From Clostridia bacterium (GTDB taxonomy: Bacteria > Bacillota > Clostridia > Oscillospirales > CAG-272), in the NCBI GenBank assembly GCA_017504405.1, contig JAFVRG010000010.1, forward strand, positions 1,883 through 65,882: a DNA stretch of 64,000 nucleotides. Direction: 5' to 3'. How positions within the stretch are numbered: position 1 is the stretch's first letter; each line of letters starts with the position of its first letter. The notes under the pieces are model-generated. The model saw nothing but the letters and a program-made list of their open reading frames with translations. It was not told the origin of the DNA and ran no database searches. Positions 58,366 to 64,000 of the stretch are shown here, one piece after another. The position numbers and the translations under genes were made by a program.

Positions 58366-58726
58366 CAAAATCACCCCCAAAGGATATTTTGACCGTAACC
58401 GCCGCAGGGGCACAAACGATTATCTCGCCCTCACGGGATATTTTCCCGCTGTTCACGCACACACCGTCGGGGCAGGTGGACTGTTCTATCCACACCTCGC
58501 CGTTCTCAACGCACAAAACAAGGGACACACCGCCGTTTTCTATCTCAATTCGGCGGGTTTCGTAGAGGGAAATATATTCGGTCTTATCCCCGACAGTCAA
58601 TTCCGCTACATTGCCCTCGTCCGAAAAAACGAACGGGGATAGCCATATTGCAAGCGCAAGAAAAAGGACAATCGCCACTATGGCAAAATCAAGCAGCTTT
58701 GTATGAGAAAACAGCCCCTTTTCCAT
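58352..58726 (-). CDS. NusG domain II-containing membrane-anchored protein
   Basis: N-terminal TM segment, then VWIEQSTCPDGVCVNSGKISREGEIIVCAP, typical of the NusG_II family that accompanies Gx transporter and ApbE genes. Confidence 0.7.
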   Translation of the reverse strand: MEKGLFSHTKLLDFAIVAIVLFLALAIWLSPFVFSDEGNVAELTVGDKTEYISLYETRRIEIENGGVSLVLCVENGEVWIEQSTCPDGVCVNSGKISREGEIIVCAPAAVTVKISFGGDFDAAL

Positions 58727-58840
58727 TACGCCCTCCTATAAAAATACGTGCGCTTTCACGCCCGTGACGCACAAATATTTGCGCACACTTATTAAGAATT
58801 ATTATATCATAAAAGGTAAAAGCTTGTCAACAGGAAGAAA

Positions 58841-58872
58841 AGAAAAAGCGAGGTGTCTTATACTCCTCGCTT
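58841..58872 (-). terminator. Rho-independent terminator of tcdA
   Basis: Minus strand: AGCGAGG agtataagaca CCTCGCT followed by TTTTTCTTTT. Confidence 0.75.
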
Positions 58873-58907
58873 TCTTGCAAAAATGAATATTTAATTTTCG
58901 CAGAAAA

Positions 58908-59609
58908 TTACTTTGCAATTTTCAGAACAACATACCGTGCTATCAGTAGCCCTGCTGTTGCAGGAACAAATATCACGGATGCAGGGGCGTGTCTGCCGTT
59001 TTGAGTGTCAACTACAGCCGATGCTGGCTTTTCGTCACTCCAAAGCACGGGCACGTCCTCTATTTTCTCGTTTCGCAGTCCTATCCGCACAGCCCTTGCA
59101 AGCGGGCAGGTGTTCGTTTTTGATATATCGGTGATTTTTAAGTGCATAGGGTCGAGCTTGTTACCCGTTCCCATAGAGGAAATAACCGCTACCCCCTCTG
59201 CCTTACACGCAGAAATGAGGGCAATTTTTGCGCTGACGGTGTCTATCGCATCAACGACAAAATCGGGGCGGTATTCGCAAATCAGTGAGTGCGCATTATC
59301 CCTGTCAACAAATTTTATAACAGCCTCTGCTTTGACGTCGGGGTTTATCGCACGCACTCTATCTGCAAACAGCTCCGCCTTTTTCTTACTTACCGTTGTC
59401 ATATCAGCAATTATCTGACGGTTGATATTTGTAGCCGAAACCTCGTCAAAATCAACTGCGGTTATCCTGCCCACGCCCGTCCTCACAAGCGCCTCGATAG
59501 CGTAACCGCCGACACCGCCGCAGCCAACCACCATAACGTGTGCATTTTTTAATTTTTCCATAGCGCTCTCGCCCAAAAGCGCCTTACTCCTATCAAATAT
59601 TTCGCTCAC
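58908..59609 (-). CDS. tcdA: tRNA threonylcarbamoyladenosine dehydratase (ThiF/E1-like)
   Basis: GTG start with AAAGGAGTG upstream. VMVVGCGGVGGYAIEALVRTGVGRITAVDFDEVSATNINRQ. Confidence 0.85.
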   Translation of the reverse strand: MSEIFDRSKALLGESAMEKLKNAHVMVVGCGGVGGYAIEALVRTGVGRITAVDFDEVSATNINRQIIADMTTVSKKKAELFADRVRAINPDVKAEAVIKFVDRDNAHSLICEYRPDFVVDAIDTVSAKIALISACKAEGVAVISSMGTGNKLDPMHLKITDISKTNTCPLARAVRIGLRNEKIEDVPVLWSDEKPASAVVDTQNGRHAPASVIFVPATAGLLIARYVVLKIAK

Positions 59610-59642
59610 AAAACACTCCTTTTGCTCATTTTTCGCCTACTT

Positions 59643-59666
59643 AAAATGTAAACCAACATTTACATT
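59643..59666. promoter_or_regulatory. Perfect 9-bp inverted repeat AAATGTAAA n6 TTTACATTT, candidate operator
   Basis: Lies in the 264-bp divergent region between tcdA and the metallophosphoesterase gene. Confidence 0.3.
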
Positions 59667-59888
59667 TCCCGTTTTTTGAGCAGTTTTACAGCAATATTAC
59701 TGAATTTTTCCGCCAAAACCGCCCAATTCCCCGAAATCCCCGAGCCTTTAAGCTTCCTTTTATATAATACCACACCTTTTCGCTTTTTTCAATAGCAAAC
59801 TGCATTAAACTCTATTTACAAATTCAGCTGTCCGTGTTATAATTGTAAAGAAAGCTATATTTAATCAGAATTAATGTTGGGGGGCACC

Positions 59889-60728
59889 ATGAAAATCAAT
59901 CAGACCGACCTTATAATCACTGAATATAAAATCCCGATAAAAAACGTCAAAAGAAAGGTCATTTATCATATCAGCGACTGTCACATTTCCGAATATGACG
60001 ACGAATCAACCGACGTAGAAATTTTCAAGGCAAAAAGGGAAAGTGAATATTGGCTCAGTCTTCGCTCTCAGTTCACCAGGGAGCATAACCAACCCATCTG
60101 CCGCTGCCACGACCTCCCTGCACTTGACAACCTCGACAGGCTTCTTGCCGTTGCATCCGACGGTGACGCAGTCATTCTGACGGGGGACATTATGGACTAC
60201 GTCAGCCAACCGAACGTTCGCATTTTGAAAAACAGACTGTCCGCCCTCACCGCCCCCTACCTTTACGTCAGGGGGAATCACGAGCCCCTCTCCGATATGC
60301 AGGGGATTTCCGAGGATTTTATCGAGCGCATAAAGAGGCCATTTCAGGCGATTGAGCTTGACGGTATCATTCTCGTTGGAATTGATAATGCGGACAGGGT
60401 GATAGATGAATCTGTTATACCGTCCCTGAAACGGATTTTTGACAAAAATAAGCCTGTGATTGTTGCAATGCACGTTCCGATAATGACTGATTCAAACGAG
60501 CATCTTTTATCGGGAGAAAACGAGTATTTCAGGCTCAATCACTCAAACGCCCCTGCCTCAACCGACAAATTTATTTCTTTGCTGAGGGAAAACGCAGAAA
60601 ACACAGTCGCCGTCCTTGCAGGTCATTTGCACGCCCCCTTTATAGGCAACTTCTTCGGAGAATCGGTGCAAATCATTTGCTCTCAGGGCATTTCGGGAAA
60701 CATAAACAAATATATCATCGGAGAGTAA
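59889..60728 (+). CDS. Metallophosphoesterase (calcineurin-like)
   Basis: HISDCHIS, LTGDIMDY, RGNHE and AMHVP motifs. Start at 59889 (MKINQ) after a G-rich RBS. Confidence 0.75.
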   Translation: MKINQTDLIITEYKIPIKNVKRKVIYHISDCHISEYDDESTDVEIFKAKRESEYWLSLRSQFTREHNQPICRCHDLPALDNLDRLLAVASDGDAVILTGDIMDYVSQPNVRILKNRLSALTAPYLYVRGNHEPLSDMQGISEDFIERIKRPFQAIELDGIILVGIDNADRVIDESVIPSLKRIFDKNKPVIVAMHVPIMTDSNEHLLSGENEYFRLNHSNAPASTDKFISLLRENAENTVAVLAGHLHAPFIGNFFGESVQIICSQGISGNINKYIIGE

Positions 60729-60822
60729 CCCCCTTTCTGTCAGGATAACGGTATTGACTTTTAACTCCGAGGGTGCTATAATAATATCAACCTTTAAATT
60801 ATTCTTTTTAACGGAGGCTCTT

Positions 60823-61311
60823 ATGAAATTTTGCACAAGCTGTGGCAATGAAATGTTTGACGATGCAGTTATCTGTACAAAATGCGGACGTATGGCAGCA
60901 ATGCCTCAGTTTCAGCAACCTGCCCCTCAGGCTCCCCAACCGACACCTGTCAATCAGGCACCTGTACAAGGTCAGGGCGTGCCCGTTACCAAGGGTAAAG
61001 CCATAAATCTTGTAATGACCATTTTAAGCTTTGTATCGTCTATTGCCATATCTATTTCTTTAATGTTTCTAACTGTGGCAATATTGGATGTTCGTGTTTT
61101 TGAAGATTATTATCCTTACAAAAAATATAGAGTTTACTTCCCTTATGACGTAATCCTTTCTGCCCACATTGCGTTCTTTATAAGTTCGCTTTTTTGTTTG
61201 ACAAATATCATCCTTTCCTTAGTGTCAAGAGAGCGGGTGGAAAACCTCCTGCCTAAAATTTCAAAATTTGTCTTTTCATTTTTAATAATGCTTGCCTGTG
61301 TTATATTTTAA
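60823..61311 (+). CDS. Zinc-ribbon membrane protein with a Pro/Gln-rich linker
   Basis: Start at 60823 with ACGGAGG upstream. CTSCGNEMFDDAVICTKCG zinc ribbon, QQPAPQAPQPTPVNQAPVQGQG linker, then 3-4 TM segments. Confidence 0.65.
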   Translation: MKFCTSCGNEMFDDAVICTKCGRMAAMPQFQQPAPQAPQPTPVNQAPVQGQGVPVTKGKAINLVMTILSFVSSIAISISLMFLTVAILDVRVFEDYYPYKKYRVYFPYDVILSAHIAFFISSLFCLTNIILSLVSRERVENLLPKISKFVFSFLIMLACVIF

Positions 61312-61339
61312 TTTTATCTTTCATTAAAGGAGCTTTATT

Positions 61340-61831
61340 ATGAAATACTGTTCAAAATGCGGGGCGCAGCTCCCCGATGAAGCTATTTTTTGTTATGCGT
61401 GCGGACGTGCAGTTGATCCGCAGTTCAATCAGCAGTCGCAGTTCAACCAACAGGCTCAGCCTAACCAGCAGGCGCAGCCCAATCAGCAGGCTCAGCGCCC
61501 TCAGCAGCCGCCTCTATGGACTCAGACCCCAAATCAAGTTCCGTTGTGGCATCAACAGCCGCCAAGGGCTGCCGATAACCCTCTCACAACTGCCGCAAAG
61601 GTTCTTATGATTATCGGAACCGTTATAATGGGAATATATACCTTCGGTATTGCTCTTGCCTGGTGTCTTCCTATGACCATATCATACTCCAACCGTATAA
61701 AAGAGGGACGCCCTGTTTCAACAGGCTTTAAGGTCTGCACTCTTTTATTTGTCAGCTTAGTAGCCGGTATCCTTATGCTGTGCGATAACAGCAATAACAC
61801 CTATAACGGCAACAACAATTATTACTACTGA
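61340..61831 (+). CDS. Zinc-ribbon membrane protein with a Gln-rich repeat linker and a two-TM C-terminal module
   Basis: CSKCGAQLPDEAIFCYACG zinc ribbon, QFNQQSQFNQQAQPNQQAQPNQQAQRPQQ repeats, then two TM helices. Confidence 0.65.
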   Translation: MKYCSKCGAQLPDEAIFCYACGRAVDPQFNQQSQFNQQAQPNQQAQPNQQAQRPQQPPLWTQTPNQVPLWHQQPPRAADNPLTTAAKVLMIIGTVIMGIYTFGIALAWCLPMTISYSNRIKEGRPVSTGFKVCTLLFVSLVAGILMLCDNSNNTYNGNNNYYY

Positions 61832-61842
61832 TAACAACGATA

Positions 61843-61878
61843 CAAAAATCTCCGAGCGCTATGCTCGGAGATTTTTTG
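61843..61878. terminator. Bidirectional rho-independent terminator (member of the CTCCGAG stem family)
   Basis: CAAAAATCTCCGAGC gctat GCTCGGAGATTTTTTG. Confidence 0.85.
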
Positions 61879-61881
61879 CTA

Positions 61882-62124
61882 TTATTTTATTTCCTGCTCT
61901 AAATTTTCAAAATACGGAGAGCTGAAAAACTCGCTGATACTGATTTCCAAGCCATCACATATCTTCTTAACCGTAGATACGGTTGTAGATTTGTTCCGTC
62001 CGCAGAGTATATTGTTAACTGTTGATTGAGTCATACCGCAAATCGTAGACAGTCTGTTATAGGTTATGTTGTGAATGGCGCATAATTCCATTATCCTATA
62101 TCTTACCGCACGTCCTATATCCAT
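61882..62124 (-). CDS. XRE-family HTH transcriptional regulator
   Basis: ITYNRLSTICGMTQSTVNNILCGRNKSTTVSTVKKICDGLEISISEFF. Confidence 0.8.
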   Translation of the reverse strand: MDIGRAVRYRIMELCAIHNITYNRLSTICGMTQSTVNNILCGRNKSTTVSTVKKICDGLEISISEFFSSPYFENLEQEIK

Positions 62125-62197
62125 GGTTTTCCTCCTTAACTCTTATGGGTTAACTTTATTGTAACGCATACAGATAAAAAAGATTACCTCAAAAGAG

Positions 62198-62226
62198 TTG
62201 ACTTTTAAAGAAAGCCATGATATAAT
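62198..62226 (+). promoter_or_regulatory. Sigma-A type promoter for 62287..62967
   Basis: TTGACT (62198-62203), a 17-nt spacer, TATAAT (62221-62226). Confidence 0.55.
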
Positions 62227-62286
62227 TAAAGATACAACTCGAAATTGCTAATTTCATCCCGCAAATTCATGGAGGTATGACATCAA

Positions 62287-62967
62287 ATGAGAAACGAAAA
62301 AGCCAAGCCTTTAATATACAGGATAGCTGCCCTGACCCTTCTTTTAATGATTGTTTTTCTACCACTTATAATGGATGCATCAAAGCCCGAGATTGAGCTT
62401 TTAGAGGACGAATGTTACACAGAATATTACGAATACTTAAACAAAAGCAATGTCGAGATGTATCTGACCTTCAACCGAGATGTACGTTCAATTTATGCTA
62501 CTGTTAAATTTTATGATGCACAGGGCATTTGTCTGGAAATAAAGCGTGTGGAATTTTACGGGTACGGAAAGGATGCAGAATCCTCCTATACATTGGTTGA
62601 GGGCGAAGTTGATTCATACGAGATAGTTGAATACGAATACGAGCTTGCTCCCGCTTTGGAGGGTTATATTCATTATACGCTGATATTTATAGCATTAATC
62701 TTCCTTGTTCTCGCCTTTCTGCCTAACTATAAGGAATATGAATACTCGGGCAGGATAATATCTGTATACGCAGGACTTATGCACTATACTCTGAGAGTTA
62801 ACGGTGAGCTATACGATAAGCACACCACTCTCAACGACCTCATTTCGATAAACTTATCCACAACATTAGAGGACGGCACACATCTTTGGGCTACTATATC
62901 ATCGTTACGCCGTATAACACTGAAAATCAACAACATAATCGCAAAAAACACACTCAACCACTTTTAA
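62287..62967 (+). CDS. Hypothetical membrane protein (226 aa)
   Basis: N-terminal TM (IAALTLLLMIVFLPLIM) and a mid TM (YTLIFIALIFLVLAFL). No motif was recognised. The gene looks A/T-rich. Confidence 0.5.
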   Translation: MRNEKAKPLIYRIAALTLLLMIVFLPLIMDASKPEIELLEDECYTEYYEYLNKSNVEMYLTFNRDVRSIYATVKFYDAQGICLEIKRVEFYGYGKDAESSYTLVEGEVDSYEIVEYEYELAPALEGYIHYTLIFIALIFLVLAFLPNYKEYEYSGRIISVYAGLMHYTLRVNGELYDKHTTLNDLISINLSTTLEDGTHLWATISSLRRITLKINNIIAKNTLNHF

Positions 62968-62968
62968 T

Positions 62969-63007
62969 CAAAAATCTCCGAGCACAGCGCTCGGAGATTT
63001 ATTTTTT
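62969..63007. terminator. Rho-independent terminator, near-duplicate of 61843-61878
   Basis: CAAAAATCTCCGAGC acag CGCTCGGAGATTTATTTTTT. Confidence 0.8.
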
Positions 63008-63071
63008 AGTTTTTGCAAAGTCTTTAAGGGAAAGCAACTTTTTTGAAAATCAGGAAAACACCTTTAAATAC

Positions 63072-63102
63072 AGCAAAGCCCCGATTGCTCGGGGCTTTTT
63101 GA
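63072..63102. terminator. Rho-independent terminator
   Basis: AAGCCCCG attgct CGGGGCTT followed by TTT. Confidence 0.6.
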
Positions 63103-63104
63103 GT

Positions 63105-63455
63105 TTAATTTTCGGCATTACCCTTGACCGTAGTAATAGAAGAAATAAGGATTCTTCTTATTCTACCTGCTATATTGGCAAGCTTTGAAAAGGTAGCTTC
63201 GCTTATAATATCAGTTTTCACAAAAAGATTGAGCCAATATTCCGTTTCGTGGCACTCCTTAAGAGCTATTTGTAATTTTGCGGCAAAATCCGCCTTACTC
63301 TGCGCATAGTTTGCCTCATGCACATTTGCACCGATGCTTGTACCGTTTCTCAGAAGCTGATTTTTCAGCACAAATTTTCCTTTCAAGCTCTCGCAGAGCT
63401 TCACAATCTCCACAGAGAATTCCATTGATAAATCTAACAGTATGTTATCTGACAT
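63105..63455 (-). CDS. Four-helix-bundle protein (23S rRNA intervening-sequence protein / Avd-like family)
   Basis: Start at 63455 (MSDNILLDLSMEFSVEIVKLCESL). QLLRNGTSIGANVHEANYAQSKADFAAKLQIALKECHETEYWL is the family signature as I recall it. Confidence 0.75.
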   Translation of the reverse strand: MSDNILLDLSMEFSVEIVKLCESLKGKFVLKNQLLRNGTSIGANVHEANYAQSKADFAAKLQIALKECHETEYWLNLFVKTDIISEATFSKLANIAGRIRRILISSITTVKGNAEN

Positions 63456-63464
63456 ATTGCCTCT

Positions 63465-63699
63465 GATGAAATGCGGCGGCGCCGCATGAAATGATGCGTT
63501 GCATCTTGAAATGTAGCAGACTACGCCGCTACATGAAATGCACAAGCGTGCATAGAATGAAATTTGCCCTTACTAAAATATGCGCCGCAAAAGCGGCGCA
63601 TTTCATGATATTTTATATCATTTCATTCACTTTAAGTGAATTTCATTTGCACAGCCTGCTGGGCAAATTTCATTGGAAGCGAATCAACGATTCGCTTCC
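63465..63699. repeat. Hairpin array D: five (A/T)TGAAAT-spaced and four ATTTCAT-spaced unique hairpins around a 9-bp central hairpin
   Basis: ATGAAAT at 63466, 63486, 63533 and 63557, and TTGAAAT at 63506. ATTTCAT at 63600, 63620, 63640 and 63667. Hairpins at 63473-85, 63493-505, 63513-32, 63540-51, 63580-601, 63607-19, 63627-39 and 63675-99. A 14-bp long-range pair joins 63556-69 to 63661-74. Confidence 0.85.
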
Positions 63700-63787
63700 T
63701 CTATGGCAACCGCAACCGCAACAGTCATACCAACCATGGGGTTGTTACCTGTTGCTACGGCTTTCATTTATCGTCGTTTGGTATCAT

Positions 63788-63816
63788 CTACAGACATCTC
63801 TGTAGAGCTATTTTTT
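63788..63816 (+). terminator. Possible plus-strand terminator after the structured region
   Basis: CTACAGA catc TCTGTAG, then AGCTA, then TTTTTT. The T-run is displaced 5 nt from the stem. Confidence 0.35.
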
Positions 63817-64000
63817 GTTATTTACCGAATGGTGAAACACGAGGAGCGATTGATTATCATTTCGTGACATTAGGTATCATTTGTGCAGATGTCGGCAAAA
63901 TGTCGGCACGCCGTCAAATTTATCCCCTTAGTCATCATCGTTGTCGGCAAACATACTCTCAAGTATTTTACCACCAATCTCTGACATCTTATCGGTTAAG

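Noticed and set aside
63105-63455. Four-helix-bundle gene as the Avd component of a diversity-generating retroelement
   Set aside because: No reverse transcriptase ORF and no template/variable repeat pair is visible within the window. The DGR idea is kept only as family background.
63491-63867. ORFs 63491..63805 (+) and 63673..63867 (+) running through array D
   Set aside because: Their open frames come from the repetitive ATGAAAT/ATTTCAT words. They have no RBS, odd composition (Cys/Phe/His-rich) and overlap structured repeats.
63928-64000. Possible 3' end of a minus-strand gene (...LTDKMSEIGGKILESMFADNDDD, stop at 63928-63930)
   Set aside because: Only 23 codons are inside the window. That is too little to distinguish a coding frame from chance.

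Overview
This 64 kb window looks like chromosome from a spore-forming Clostridia-type Firmicute. It has an alpha/beta SASP gene, AGGAGG-type ribosome-binding sites and many bidirectional rho-independent terminators. No rRNA, tRNA, CRISPR array, transposase or integrase was seen. Most of it is housekeeping: guaB, secA, trmL, dapA, queA, ruvX, ligA, clpB, dxs, tgt, mutL, mutS, miaB, apbE and tcdA. There are also two sugar-acid catabolic modules (enolase-type dehydratase/SDR/eda, and uxuA/SDR), glycosidases (GH20, GH3), a fused MacB-type ABC exporter and three AraC regulators. Several things are not ordinary. (1) Four intergenic loci (about 11.36-11.55 kb, 16.25-16.40 kb, 19.6-19.75 kb, 63.46-63.70 kb) carry arrays of unique perfect mini-hairpins. 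The hairpins are separated by a short conserved word (GTTATGA, ATGAAAT or AATGAATAATGAA), and the reverse complement of that word spaces a second half of the array. I cannot assign these arrays to any described repeat family. (2) A 33-nt core (CGCTTTTTGAAAAAAGCTTCGCAAAAACTTT) lies in the 3' UTRs of an HtrA-like protease gene, an SDR gene and clpB. After clpB it is amplified into four 55-bp tandem copies. (3) An AraC-controlled operon encodes a U32-like Fe-S protein plus three tandem QueG/reductive-dehalogenase-like Fe-S paralogs, near tgt. (4) An accessory pocket contains a wHTH-GHKL ATPase-STAS-like fusion protein, a 1461-aa secreted LamG-type protein and a co-transcribed 45-aa peptide with a RiPP-leader-like N-terminus. 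(5) An A/T-richer pocket at the right end holds zinc-ribbon membrane proteins, an XRE cassette bracketed by near-identical terminators and an orphan four-helix-bundle (Avd-like) gene. All functional calls come from reading the translations and motifs by eye. No database search was run.
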